Shown piece after piece: positions 40,117 to 53,890 of a stretch of 64,000 nucleotides of DNA. Positions within the stretch are counted from its first letter, which is position 1, and the number at the start of each line of letters is the position of its first letter. Origin of the DNA: Octopus bimaculoides (Eukaryota); assembly GCF_001194135.2 (NCBI RefSeq), contig NC_068985.1, positions 501,816 through 565,815 of the forward strand. The letters are read 5' to 3'. Position numbers and translations under genes: made by a program. The notes below the pieces were generated by a model, which was not told the DNA's origin, made no database searches, and saw only the letters and a list, made by a program, of their open reading frames with translations.

Positions 40117-40647
40117 GCGAATTTTTTTCCCCACGAGAGTTCTGAACCCCAATGATGAACCATTTGCATACAGCCAATCAGAGCTCATCTTGACCTTGCC
40201 GTCAAGTTAACAAATACACTCAACCAAGTAAGCTCAAAACGAAGAACGGTGTTGTAAGTCGACTGATCGTCAAGTTTATGCCTGATTTTAGAAGGAGACA
40301 AGTAATTAGATAGATTTTCGGATTTTGTTAGGGCCCCATATGGTAAAGATGTGGTTGGGAAAAATGTGGGTAGAGGGTGATGTGCTAGCAACCTTCTCCC
40401 CTTACTGCTTTACAAAGTAAACAACACAAATAACAATGCAGAGGCAGCCATGGTTGAAACAAGAACAAGAACAACAAGCATTATTAACAGAGAAAAGAAT
40501 GGTCATTCCTTACCCAAGTAACCTTATCTTATCGCCCATCACTTGTTATGCTTTCATAAATTAGTTTGATAGTTGAGCTCTGATTGGCTGTATGCAAATG
40601 AGTTCATAACTGGGGTCCGGAACTCTCGTGAGGAAAAAAAATTTCGC
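40117..40647. mobile_element. Non-coding element with ~72-bp inverted arms (MITE-like)
   Basis: Arms 40117-40187 and 40574-40647 are near-complementary (gcgaatttttttccccacgagagttc...catttgcatacagccaatcagagctca). Confidence 0.75.
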
Positions 40648-41016
40648 CTCCTGCCCAGCTTCCAGTACGGTACATTACACTTTCCATAATGCAAGAGCTA
40701 CAAGAGACCAACGTCCTACTTGTCATCACTTCTAATAACACTCAGTCTTACAGGCCACCGTAACGTTAATTGGAGGGTCTGCAAAAGTTGGCCCCACGTT
40801 GTTCTTTCTCCTAGACCTAGCACTAATCGCGCGTGCGTGCGTGTATGCGTGTGTGTGTGTGTGTGTGTGAGTGTGTGTGTGAGTGCACACGTGTTCGTGT
40901 GCAGGCACGCGCGGGAAATGGGATTTTGTAGAGCTTCCATATTCTAAGGTCTACTGCAAAAATATTGGCCAGCCTGATACTGTAGTAGCTGCCATTTACC
41001 TATGAACTGTGGAGCG

Positions 41017-41370
41017 CAGGGGTTCTCATCCACATTTTTTTTTATCTATAGACTCCTTTGATAATTATTTTATTTTGGTGGACCTCCATAGTCATTCGAT
41101 GTTTAAAACCCAGTTTTATAGAAACTTCTTTCGAAATTCCTATTTTGTTTTTCACACATAGTGTAAGACGAACTTTGTAAAATGTTAAAGAAACCCAGCT
41201 GTTTCTTGCAATACGTACATTTAGAGCAATTTTTTTCAGGGACCCTTAAAATACTATTGTGGATACCCAATTTACCATTTTGTTGCGTGGACCCCCCCAC
41301 CACCACCACCCCAAAAAATCTTATATGGACTCTTAGGGGGCCATTATGGACCCCCGGTTGAGAACCACTG
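41017..41370. mobile_element. hAT (Charlie-like) MITE
   Basis: TIRs CAGGGGTTCTCA / CAGTGGTTCTCA; 8-bp flanks GTGGAGCG and GTGTAGTG; repeated GGACCC subterminal motifs. Confidence 0.8.
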
Positions 41371-42272
41371 GTGTAGTGGTATGGCCCTGAAACGACGTAC
41401 AATGTAATGATCTTTCTTTCTTGCAACAGAAAGATAAAGCGGTTACCCCATACCGGATAATATACTATTCCACTTGGAAAAATAAAATGTTGCGTCAACT
41501 TGGATAGATTTGAACTGTGTTTTGAGAAAGGAAATAAAGGTTGGCACAAGGGTACAATTTTGGTGGAAATGAGGGAGTCGGTTAACATTATACTCACTGC
41601 ATTCCTGATAATAATTTCAATGAAATCCGAGCAAGGAAAGCTAAACCGAGAACATAAAGAGTCACAACTAAATATTGATTTCTAAGTTTGGCACCGAGCC
41701 ACAGATATTGGTGTTGGAGTGAAACTACTTCAATCAACACCAGGACTTATTTCGTACACTTCACAAAATTGGGTGGGAATTCAGAACATGGAAGAGCATA
41801 ATTTTATAGTGATCTCTTTCATTGGGACTAGACGAAAACTTTGTTGGGGAACAGTTGCAAAATGATTGCATCTACCTTAAACGCTTTTTATATCGATTCA
41901 ACGGAGAAAATGAAAAACTCGACGACTACAGTTTCAACTTAGAGAATAAGAGGTGCAGGACTATTTACCATAAGTAAATGTATACTTCTTTATATAGTTA
42001 TTGTATGGTCGATATAAATGTATGCGTTGTGACCCGATAAAGCAGCAGCTTTTGGTAGGGAATCGAGTCTAGTTACTGGAGCAAGTTCATCAATCAGGAC
42101 GAGACTGGAAGCAATTTGACTCTTGCAGAATTTGAATCCTTTTAGGATTTGAAATGGCGAGTCTCTAAATATAAATTTAAAGCATCATTATTGAGTTCTT
42201 TACTGATAACATCATTATCAACATCACATTCCTCTTATTAGGTAATCACAGAGAAAATCAATAGTTTGTCAG

Positions 42273-42303
<31 letters not shown>

Positions 42304-42719
42304 CAGAATGGGACAAGGACGCAAAACATCCAGACAGTTAGGTGATACACGAAAGGGACAAACCATCCAGACAGACGATACAAAGAAAACACGGACGGGT
42401 CATTCGGAGTTTTCTTTCTTCAGTCGAGATCCAGGTTATCCTTGCAATTTCGGCTGGTTATTCTCGATATTGCTCCAGCCTAGCCAGTCCCAAGGAAAAA
42501 CTAAGCTAAAAGCATTAGATTCCTTGGAAGAAAGCAGCGAATGTATACAAAAACAAGGACGGAAAAAAAACGAACAATGTTACACAGGAATATACTGGCA
42601 AATGATAAATGTTGCAACGCACTGCAACGGCGCATGCCCGCCCTCACATCTGACTTGGTTGTTTATTTGCAGACTAAAAGCTTCACATGAAAACGTTCTT
42701 TTGTTTTTCTAAACAAATC

Positions 42720-42950
42720 TCAGTGGCTCAAGAAATGGGAAAGGACCCTAGTCGAAATGAGCATGGTGTCTAAAAATGGTTTTATCGGGGATTCACTCAC
42801 TCTAACCACAGAGAAGACGTCACTGTACATTGAAGAGATCCAGTATCTGAAGACGAGATCGAAACTGACTGCTTTCAGAACAGTTGCTAAGCCACGATGG
42901 TCCAACCCTGTCGAAAGCTTTTGATTGATCCAAGTTAATCCAATAAAGTC
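42720..42950 (-). mobile_element. L1/Tx1 reverse transcriptase fragment
   Basis: LDQSKAFDRV (frameshift) DHRGLATVLKAVSFDLVFRYWISSMYSDVFSVVRV. Confidence 0.75.
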
Positions 42951-43505
42951 AAGTTTACAACCTATCGAATTACCTCTTCTAATGTAATCCTTAATTCCCC
43001 CTCTAATCTATTTTCCCCTCTCGCTATTTCTCTACTAAACCTTACTGATTCTACAATAGTCGCCCTCTTCAGAGTACTCTACCTGCAAGTTTTAACAATT
43101 CTCCCTGTCCACTCACTGCAGCTTTACGTTGTTCCCCGACTAAGAATCCTATCGAAACCCACTGGACACATTGAAAATTAACGGTGTGTATAGGCGAACA
43201 GTTTAAAACGTAATAATTATAACTTACAAATATAAAAATAATATTGATAACCTATAAGAAAAACAGAGTCGCATGACCAGACAATCTTTCGAGTTTGGTC
43301 GAGTGATTCAATCGATGTGTTTTACTTTCTCTACCAGTCATGTATTTATTTTATCGATTCCGGTTGGACGAAAGATAACATTTAACTTGGTTGTATATGA
43401 ACTCAAAGATAAATTTCAAATGAAGCAAATGGATTAGATACATAAGTTTAAAAGAGCTGACTGATAAGACAACCTTAAATTAGCTTTTTGTATGGACTTC
43501 TTAAA

Positions 43506-43580
<75 letters not shown>

Positions 43581-43710
43581 NNNNNNNNNNACTACTTGAA
43601 CGGACCATAATACCACAAAACTTGACTTAAAAAGGATTTAGATAATCCTATCAGGCGGTGCTATTAAGTTAGACCTGGCCTGGATCAATCTTTGGAAGAA
43701 ACATATCTAA

Positions 43711-43756
<46 letters not shown>

Positions 43757-43858
43757 TTCCTGTGTCCCTGTCTCTCTCCGCTCCTTTGCATAAACGCATT
43801 CACGTTGATTCCGTGATACACGTAAATAGTCTTACACACACACAGAAGATATTATATA

Positions 43859-44102
43859 CAGTAATACCTCGCCATATCGCGGTTCATCTATCGCGGTTCA
43901 CCTACCGTGGTTCACCTATCACGGTTTATTAATTAAGCTTACATCGATTCCTCTGCGGTGTTGTTTTGCATTTATAATAAAATAAATATATACAAATTAC
44001 CAAAATAAAAAAAAAAAATACAGTACTGTTTCTACTTCATAGATTTTCACCAATCGCGGCGGTTTTTGGAACGTAACACCCGCAATAGAAGAGAGCTTAC
44101 TG
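43859..44102. mobile_element. Pogo/Tigger-type MITE
   Basis: TA-flanked CAGTAATACCTCG / CAGTAAGCTCTC ends; 14-bp subterminal tandem repeats. Confidence 0.75.
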
Positions 44103-44525
44103 TATATAACAAGCAAGAGAAAAAGAGAGAGACAGTGAGGGAGGGAGAAAGAGAGAGAGAGATAATGAGTGAGATAATGAGTGAGAGAGAGAGATAATGA
44201 GAGAGAAAGAGAGAGATAATGAGAGAGAGAGAGTGAAAGAATGAGAGAGTGAGAGAGAGATTGATGATGAACTCCACACCAAGATTCCTTAATTATTCCG
44301 AATGTAGCAGTGACGCCAATACTTCCTTCTCTGTACAGCGTCACCTAGCAACGTCCAACATGGATTCCATCCAAATCACTTTCTACACCGTCTTAGACAC
44401 AGAGATGGAGAATTTGAGAGAGAGAGAAGACAGACTTTTGCTTTTTATCTCACTGACTTCTTCGGAATAGTCAAAGATTACATTTTCTTTTCCTTCCTTA
44501 AAAATAAACAAATACCTTTACCTAG

Positions 44526-44603
<78 letters not shown>

Positions 44604-45561
44604 ATGTGTGTGTGCGCGCGCGCGAATGTGTAGATGCATGTGTGCATGCATGTATGTGCACCGATGCGGATGTAAATGTGTAGGTATGTAATATGTATGT
44701 ATGTATATATATATATATATATAGGGCTTATGAAGGTATGCATGTATACGTATGTAGGTACATACATGCATAAAAATATGTATGTTTGCGTGTGCATCTA
44801 TCTTTCTATCTATCTATCGATACACATACATGCACACACACACACACACATATTTATGTATATATAAACATACACACACACATATATATATATATATACA
44901 TATATATGCATATACATACATATATATATATATACACACATATATATGCATATACATATGCATATGCATACATATATATATATATATATACACACATATA
45001 TATGCATATACATACATATATATATACATATACACACATATATATANNNNNNNNNNNNNNNNNNNNNNNNNNNNNNNNNNNNNNNNNNNNNNNNNNNNNN
45101 NNNNNNNNNNNNNNNNNNNNNNNNNNNNNNNNNNNNNNNNNNNNNNNNNNNNNNNNNNNNNNNNNNNNNNNNNNNNNNNNNNNNNNNNNNNNNNNNNNNN
45201 NNNNNNNNNNNNNNNNNNNNNNNNNNNNNNNNNNNNNNNNNNNNNNNNNNNNNNNNNNNNNNNNNNNNNNNNNNNNNNNNNNNNNNNNNNNNNNNNNNNN
45301 NNNNNNNNNNNNNNNNNNNNNNNNNNNNNNNNNNNNNNNNNNNNNNNNNNNNNNNNNNNNNNNNNNNNNNNNNNNNNNNNNNNNNNNNNNNNNNNNNNNN
45401 NNNNNNNNNNNNNNNNNNNNNNNNNNNNNNNNNNNNNNNNNNNNNNNNNNNNNNNNNNNNNNNNNNNNNNNNNNNNNNNNNNNNNNNNNNNNNNNNNNNN
45501 NNNNNNNNNNNNNNNNNNNNNNNNNNNNNNNNNNNNNNNNNNNNNNNNNNNNNNNNNNNNN

Positions 45562-45604
<43 letters not shown>

Positions 45605-45608
45605 TACA

Positions 45609-46007
45609 CAGGGAGTTCAAAAAGTCACTCCGTGGTGAATTTTTTGGTGAACGGATTATTTTGAAGGGACTTTGACCACCAAGATCACCTGATTTAACAC
45701 CACCAGACTTTTTTTTTTCTGGAGAGCAAGTAATGGATCAGTTGTACAAGAATCGCTCGAAAACCATTAATGAGTGAAAAGACGAAATCACAACCTTCAC
45801 CCGGTGCCTACTGCACCAGACTCTTCAAACATGTGCAGACGAGTCAACTGATGTATTGAAAATGAAGGACGACGCTTTCAACTCCTCTTATAAAGTTTTT
45901 TAAAGTCTTGTAAAGTCTGATGTATTCTTATGTTGCTTCATACCATGTTATAGGTATGTTATTTTGCAATGAAATACTTACTGCGGATAGACTTTTTGAA
46001 CACCCTG
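45609..46007 (+). mobile_element. Short Tc1/mariner derivative retaining only the transposase C-terminus
   Basis: TIRs CAGGGAGTTCAAAAAGTC / CAGGGTGTTCAAAAAGTC; GL*PPRSPDLTPPDFFF motif about 60 nt from the left TIR. Confidence 0.85.
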
Positions 46008-46030
46008 TGCGCGCACGCGCGTGTATAGAA

Positions 46031-46061
<31 letters not shown>

Positions 46062-46094
46062 CATATATATCCACATATATTCTTTTATTCTTTA

Positions 46095-46484
46095 TTCTTT
46101 TACTTGTTTCAGTCATTCGACTGCTGCCATGCTGGAGCATCGCATTTAGTCGAACAAATCGACCCCAGGACTTATTCTTTGTAAGTCTAGTACTTATTTT
46201 ATCCGTTACTTTTGCCGAACCGCTAGTGTTACCGGGACGTAAACAAACCAGCATCGGTTGCCAAGCGATGGTGGGAGGACAAACACAGAAACACAAATAC
46301 ATCAATACACATACACACATATATATATATGATGGGCTTCTTTCAGTTTCCGTCTACCAAATCCACTCACAAGGCTTCGGTCGGCCCGGGACTATAGTAG
46401 AAGACATTTGCCCCAAGTGCCACGCAGTGGGTCTCAACCCGGAACTATGTGGTTGGTAAGCAAGCTTCTTACAACACAGTTACT
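46095..46484 (-). mobile_element. Bipartite tRNA-derived SINE with internal microsatellite
   Basis: Reverse complement of the 61609-61956 element over both halves; runs into an N-gap. Confidence 0.8.
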
Positions 46485-46789
46485 NNNNNNNNNNNNNNNN
46501 NNNNNNNNNNNNNNNNNNNNNNNNNNNNNNNNNNNNNNNNNNNNNNNNNNNNNNNNNNNNNNNNNNNNNNNNNNNNNNNNNNNNNNNNNNNNNNNNNNNN
46601 NNNNNNNNNNNNNNNNNNNNNNNNNNNNNNNNNNNNNNNNNNNNNNNNNNNNNNNNNNNNNNNNNNNNNNNNNNNNNNNNNNNNNNNNNNNNNNNNNNNN
46701 NNNNNNNTATATATATGAAAATTATAGAGGTGAACACTTTTCAAGAAACAATATATGCATATACATACATACACACACACATACATGCA

Positions 46790-47275
46790 TATATCATCAT
46801 CATCATCATCAATTAATGTCCGTTTTCCATGCTGGCATGGATTGGACGGTTTGACTGAGGTCTGGAAAGCCAGCAGCTGCACCAGGCTCCAATGTGATCT
46901 GGCAATGTTTCTACAGCTGGATGCCCTTCCTAACGCTAACCACTCTGAGAGTGTAGTGGGTGCTTTTTACGTGCCACCAGCACAAGAGTCAGTCAGGGGG
47001 TACTGGCATCGGCCACGTTCGGTTGATGCTTTTTATGTGCCACCGGCACGGGAGCCAGTCAGGTGGGCTTGGCATTGACCAAGTTCGGATGGTGCTTTTT
47101 ACATGCCACCGGCACGGGAGCCACTCAGGGGGCACTGGCCATAGCTACGATATTGGTTTTACTTGACTCAACACGTCCTCTCAAGCATATAATATCACCT
47201 GACGCAGCAAGGGAATTCTTAATAGGGCCAGACATGTGTTGCTGCGATCTCACTTTAGTTTCCGGGTCTTCTCAA

Positions 47276-47280
<5 letters not shown>
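46790..47280 (-). mobile_element. RTE-family 3' derivative with three 66-bp tandem units
   Basis: (CAT)n tail, tttccatgctggcatgg motif; units begin at 46961, 47027 and 47093. Confidence 0.8.
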
Positions 47281-47319
<39 letters not shown>

Positions 47320-47379
47320 GAAGAATTCTATTGTCGTGAACGACAAATGAGGCTTCAGTAAAATAAAGCGCTAATCATG

Positions 47380-48030
47380 TTCTCTGCACACGAATGTGTC
47401 TCTTGAGGCCTGCTGGTGCCTTGCAAACCTTTTGGCAAATGGAACAAGTTGAGGATTCAGTTTGCTTGAGTGTTTGTGGATCATTCACAATGTGTTTTCT
47501 CGAGTGAACGCTAAGACCTGTTTTGCTTCATGCTACAAAATCACAATGACAAATAAGGCTTCCATTTAGATGAGCAGCGTTTTGCCAGCCTGCGTTCATG
47601 CTTGCATAAAGTTGCTTTCGATTTTAGAGTCGACTTTGCTCAAATCCTGCGCTTTGAAACTTTGTCTTCTCATGAAGGAAAGAGAATGTTGTATCGCTTC
47701 AGATTGTCTTTTAGTTTGTTTTTGAAGCACAAGAATGGCTTTCTAGCTGACCTTTCAGTTGAGAATTGGCCAAAGAGAAGTTGCCTCGGAATTCTGATAT
47801 CATTCATACGTGAGAGATGACCTGACCATCTAAGTTGTATTTTGATGAAGATAGCTTCAATACCTACGTTGCATTTTGTTAGTACCTCACTGTTATGAAT
47901 ATGGGCACTCAGTTTTATGTTGGAGATAGTACGCAAGCATCGCATCTGAACAGGGTCAAGCTGGTTGATGTGCTTTCTGTACAAAGTCCAAGATTTAGCA
48001 CCATAAAGCAATGTTGTCAAATCATGCGCC
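47380..48030 (-). mobile_element. RTE (BovB-like) LINE 3' fragment
   Basis: ORF 47670-48020: TLLYGAKSWTLYRKHINQLD..QMRCLRTISNIK...QLRWSGHLSRMNDIRIPRQLLFG. Confidence 0.9.
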
Positions 48031-48339
48031 GATTTCCTGAATGGTAAAACGTAGGATTTCTTCGGTAACTCTTATAAACTGGGCACCAGGTAAAAGCCAC
48101 TGATGAGCATTAATCAAATGTGAAATCATAGGTGATCTGGCTATGCCCCGGAAGCTGTAGGGAGCTAGCCTCCCATGTCAGTCTTAAGGTAAGTGCTTTA
48201 GTGTGGTTATGAGTTGTTTTCACTCTTATTTCTAGCAATGCTGAAGCTGACTAGTATCTTTAGTCACTTTAGTGACGTCTCTCTCTCTCCCTCTCTATTA
48301 TATGCGTGTGTTTAAATTACAGTTATGTAATGCATGCTG

Positions 48340-49600
48340 GGTACCTGAAGAGTGGACCAAAGGAGTCCTTATTAAAGTATCAAAGAAAGATTTGAGCAAC
48401 TGCCGAAACGGAGAATAACACTTTTGTCAACACCGGGTAAAGTCCTGTGCTCAGTGTTGCTGTCCTGGTTGAAATTTACACTAGATGTAAAGCTGAGAGA
48501 GCAAAAAGCCAGATTTCGACCCAGCAGATCGTGCTGTGTGCAAATATTCACACAGCGCAACATCGTAGAACGATGCATGGAACATCAAATACCACTAATA
48601 ATAAACTGCATTGATTTCAAAAAGGCATTTTGACGGTGTGCATAGAGAAGCCCTCTGGAAGATTGCAAAAGTGTATGGAATACCAGACGATTGCATGAGT
48701 CTGCTTAGCCGTTTCTACAACAAATCAAGCTTCTGCATTGGAAGAAAATATGGATACACTGGTTTTCTTAAGATCGTCACTGGTGTATCTTTTGTCACCA
48801 ATGTTGTTTCTGTTGGTCATCGATTTTGTTATGCGAATTTCACTGGTTGGATCGGCTGTAGGGACAGTGAGAGACTGGCTAACAGGCTTGCTTTTTACCA
48901 ATGTCCTGTTGGCAGAGAATCGCCGAACATTACAAGAAATGACAACAAAAACGGAAAGGGAAACGGCAATAACTAGGTTGAGAATCAGCAGTCAAAGAAC
49001 GAAGGCAATGCAAGTTGAGAAACAAGTAGAAAGTATATCAGTGAAAGTTGGACGAGAACCAGTTGAAGAAGTTACAAGCTTCACATATCTGGGAAGCATA
49101 GTGACAAGCAATGGCGATGCAGAGACAGATGTAAGCTGCAGAACTGGCAACGCAGTGGCAGTATTTAGAAGACAGACAACACTTTGGTGTAACAACAACA
49201 TAAGTACAGAGCTGAAGATTCGTTTGTACAAAACAGCAAAACTGCCATTAGCGATCCAAGCAGCTGAGACCTGGAAGATGACAGTAAAAATCGCCCTCCA
49301 ACTCAATGTATTTCATTAACGGTGCCTCAGAAAGATCCTAAGAATCACTTATTGAGACAGAGTGTAAAATGAAGCCATTCTCCAAGCAACAAAAGTAAGG
49401 TCACTGCAGGAAATTGTAACCGAACGATGAATGAGAATGGCTGGACACACACTAAGACTGCCAGAGGAGAGGCTTGCCAAAACAGCCATGGGTTGGATGC
49501 CGCTGGAACGTAAGAATACAAAGAGGCCGGCCAAAGATGACATGGCGTAGAACCTTCAAAGAAGACCTACGCAGACTGAACATCACCGGGGGAAAAGCAT
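48340..49600 (+). mobile_element. RTE/RTE-X LINE reverse transcriptase remnant
   Basis: REQKARFRPSRSC, IDFKKAFDGVHREALWKI, FTYLGSIVTSNGDAETDVSCR, AAETWKMT; frameshifted. Confidence 0.9.
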
Positions 49601-52118
49601 ACTGGTCAAAAGGTACAAAGTCCAGTATTTAAGCCCTCAGTAAAAGGATGTGTCAACCGTCTTTTCATAAAAGAATGTAGGTTTAGGTTGGTCCTGTCTT
49701 TACTTGGTGCTGTTATTTAGGATATATTTCTAAGAAAAAGAAAAACAACAACTTGGAAATCAAAAAGTTACCATTGGGTACGTACTTTAAAATGAAGTGG
49801 GACACAAAATAATAAATTATTGTAATTTTCAAAAGCGTTCTGTTTGCAGAATTGTAATCTCTGGTGTTTAAAACACAGAAATTCGAAATTTTCAAAATTC
49901 AAATACCCTAGTATTTCCCCGTTTTTCTCTTGACTGCTGAACGATAGTCCTCATTCAAGGTCAATGCACACAAGCACTATAACTTGAGTTGTGTTAAAAA
50001 TCATAAAGAAGGTTTGCGCTTTATTTTCAAATAAAAACGGAAACGAGTTGGTCACATAATCTTTACGAAATATAAAAGCGAAAATTTTATCGTTAATTTT
50101 TCACTTAGAAAAGTATATATTTTCTTCAAGATTTTTATAAGAAAAATTTTTCTTACGAATTCAATATAGTCACTGATAATTCTGGTCACGATGTGGTGCA
50201 AAGGCGCAAATTAAGTAAAGAGGGTGGTATACTAGCGCTACTTGCCAAACATACATTCGCGTATGGCGAGAGGTCAAACGGAACACAACCAAGGCTGTAA
50301 ATATTGACTTTGAGTTAGAACTTTAAGAAATGGACATAGAAACATATTTCTACAAAAACAAAAAAGCACTACATTGAGCTTAATAAGTCTTCTAGATTCC
50401 GAACTTAGCATGGAATCGTTGTATTGGAAATGTTGTTTATTCCTTCTCGCTGTTTTAACAAAATGTGGAGAGACACTATTCAAACCTGGCGAATATTCTT
50501 GTTTATGTAACTTTCGTTTTTCTTTGAGAAATATTGGTCAAATTCCGCCAATAAGAATTATATTGTGCAATGAATATAATTTTGTAGACTATAACAATCA
50601 GATATGATGTTTTTTTTTCTTTCTGATTTTGAATACAGTCGGGATAATTTGTGTCAGTGTTTACATATTCGTTTTGGGTCTGTCTGTCTGTCTGTCTGTC
50701 TCTCTCTGTGTCTCTCTCTCTCTCTCTCTCTCTCTCTTCCTCCTCCTAACGAGTTCGCTGCGAGTTATAGATGTTGACGCCTTTAATTTACGCTTTTAAT
50801 GCTTAAAGCAAGGAATTAGTTTTCGCATTTTGTTTGTTTTTTTAATCTAAGTCTATATGTAATTCTGAGAAAGGTATCAGGTGGTTGTGGATATGCTAGA
50901 AACAACAACTAAATTTCTCTTAAATCACATCTTTTCGTTAGAAAATATTTTCAATTTTTTTTTTTTTTTTACCAAAAAGGCTTCTCCCATCGTTTTTAAG
51001 TGCGTAGTACAAACAAAATTGACCAAAATCGGTCCGGAGGGATGGAAGTGGGTATGGGTGGAAAAAAACCATAAATTTTCCAAAATTTATTTCATGAAGA
51101 GCTTAACCTCATCCTTTCCAAGACCGTGATGCAAAAATAAATTTTAAAAAAATGGAAAAATCCTTGTAAAATAGAGAAACTCCAACTAATGTGGGATTCC
51201 TAATCCGAATCTCCGCCATTTATAGCCATCTTTAATAATCCATTAAAATTTTATTGGAATATTGTCCTATTCCAAATTCTCAGGAATTATTTAGTTCTTT
51301 ACCAACTGTAAATGTGACGAAACTAAAGTTTCAGCAATTTGTACTTTATGATTTAACTAAGTCTGAAAACTCTGTGAAATTGACTGTTTTTGACAGGAAA
51401 CAAAATAAGCTTTACATAAATATCGAAAAAAAAGTTGAAAAATTGCCTCCTTCCCCTCCCCACAAGGTTTTCTTTTCAAGAACCTTAAAACAACAGGCAA
51501 CTACTATATCACCGTCCCTTTTAATTTGTGATGATTATCACTTCAGTTTCAAAGTCTTGGCGTCACAGATATGACTAATTATTCATTTAGGTTAATTAGG
51601 CAAGATTTCGACCATTTCCTTAACCATTCAAATTATCATATTTCTTAAAATATTCTCCCAAATTTCACAAATGAGGTATCAAAATGTTTCTTTTGGATGT
51701 TCTCTAGAAAAATTATAATAGCAATTACATATAAATATTTTCGAAAATTCAGAGTGATACCTAATGCAAGCCAGCTGAAATAACCCTTTATATTATGTTT
51801 ATTGTATATTATATTTTTGTTCCCATTTTTATACATGAATATTTACACACCTTCCATAACAGCCTTGCCTTAGCATATATGTCCGGAACAAAATTAAAAA
51901 AAAATTTATAAACAAACACCGAACAAACTTTACCTCCACAAACAAAAAGTTTAAAATCCCTTTATACTAGGACGATAGCTTAGCAGGACTAAACTTCAAA
52001 GTCACAATCACCAACATTCTTGTTTAAGAACAAGAAATTTGTACTCTGTAAAAGCATAGAGCAACCCATCGGGTTAATGTCGATTTTTTTAATGATAACA
52101 ACATAAAAACAAACATTA

Positions 52119-52176
<58 letters not shown>

Positions 52177-52179
<3 letters not shown>

Positions 52180-52645
52180 AATTGAAGAAAGAGAAAAAGT
52201 AACGTTTTTTTTTTCAGAGAGATGGCCACACTAGTCTGTAAATGATATAGGCATGTATGTGTATAGTAATACGTTGCTATGTTAGAAGGAATTAGTCTAG
52301 CGAAGAAAAAAGGGAAAAGGACAAGCTTACATTTCAAAGGTTTAAAAGTCCGATAGGGCGACGATGGAGAGTTGGAGAAGGAGAAAGATAGAAAAAGCGA
52401 GAGGGAGGGAAAGAGGAGCATAAAGGTAACTTGACAGTGACTTTTGAACCGGCAAGCTGGAAGACAAAGATGAATTAAAGACAGAGAAAAAGTGATGCTT
52501 TTTTTTTTCAGAGAGATGGCCACACTAGTCTGTCAAAAGTGTAGGCATGTATGTGTGTAGTAATACGTTGCTATGTTAGAAGGAATTAGTCTAACGAAGA
52601 AAAAAGGACAATCTTACATTCGAAAAAAGTTTCAAAGCCTGACAG
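52177..52645. repeat. Direct duplication, ~175-bp copies at a 293-bp period
   Basis: Copies start at 52177 and 52470 (atgaatt.aag..agagaaaaagt...ttttcagagagatggccacactagtctgt...taatacgttgctatgttagaaggaattagtcta). Confidence 0.9.
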
Positions 52646-53729
52646 CTGGATGCCCTTCCTAACACTCATAAAATATGCAAATTATTGAGCCAGTGAAAAA
52701 GTGGGTTCATTACATCTGAGTTGATACTTCACAATCTTTATTGATCAGTGATCGGACGTATTGATGGCTGCCAGTTGTAGAACAAGAGTGAAATTGATTC
52801 CATATAAGAACGGCAGTTTGAACTTTCAAGTTCTGGTTATTCTGCTCAATATTGACAAGGACATTGTACTTTTGGCCAGGACCCTTTCCCCTCAAGCATT
52901 CCGTTGTGCTGTATCGTCATTGGTGACGAACTTCTGAATCCATAATCGACTCTGTTATCCAAAGACAGTGAAAAGGATCCAGGAAGCAGTCAGAGATAAC
53001 AAAAAAAAGTCCCAGAAAATGTCCTAAGAGAAGCTGTGTGCAGCAACAAGAATTCCTTCCGGAGTTGTGTGCTGCTTGATGAGAGAACCAGAAAAATGTA
53101 GCAGAGTTTCTTCGTTGCATTTGGCTGGAATATTTATTTACATCTCATCAAATGAAAACTTACTAACTTTGCACATCCACCAATAAGATTTACTCAGGAA
53201 TGGTTTCTCAAATTTCATAGACAGTCTTGATATGACCTTCTCTTCCAATATGTCTATTCAATCTAAATTCAGCCTTCTTTGTCCAACTCAGTTGTAATGG
53301 TCATCTCATTGATGCATTTGATTTATTGGAAGCCAATTCCCATCCTTGTGCAAGTGGTTGAGTACTCCACAGACATGCATCTTCGAGACCTGCTGCCAGA
53401 CCTTGATGTGAATCCATCAGCAATTCTTTCAACTGAATCCCCATTGACTCCACTGAGTTCTGCTGATTGTATATAAAGACACTACACTTTCAGAGAATCC
53501 ACCACAAATAAATAATGTCGTGGAGAATTCATTTTTTTACAGTTCTGCCTCTCATCAAAGGAAACTAGAGTCAAGAATTTGCCTCCATGTCACTTGAGAT
53601 GTGCTTGAAAGATATGGCAACTATTGTATTCTATGGGTTTTATAATTTATGCATGTTTTCAATTTCTGGTCAAATAGTTTATAAACAAAATGTCCAGTTT
53701 TCTTGAGGTGAATCCTCCATTATTTCTTA

Positions 53730-53890
53730 CCATCATCATCATTGTTTAATGTCCACCTTCCATGCTGGCATGGGTGGGACGGTTTGATAAGAGATGGCCA
53801 GGTAGAAACCTGCACCAGACTTCTGGAACTGTTTTGGCAGGATTTTTACAGCTGGAAGCCCTTCCTAACACAAACCACTCAGCAGAGCTA
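53730..53890 (-). mobile_element. RTE-family 3' end
   Basis: catcatcattgtttaatgtccaccttccatgctggcatggg...cagctggaagcccttcctaac. Confidence 0.75.

Noticed and set aside
41434-41510. Strong acceptor followed by KDKAVTPYRIIYYSTWKNKMLRQLG*
   Set aside because: Stops within 26 codons in all frames; no supporting context.
42401-42423. Third hammerhead-like string CTGAAGAAAGAAAACTCCGAATG (minus strand)
   Set aside because: Helix II does not pair and GAAA is incomplete; at most a dead Penelope-derived fragment.
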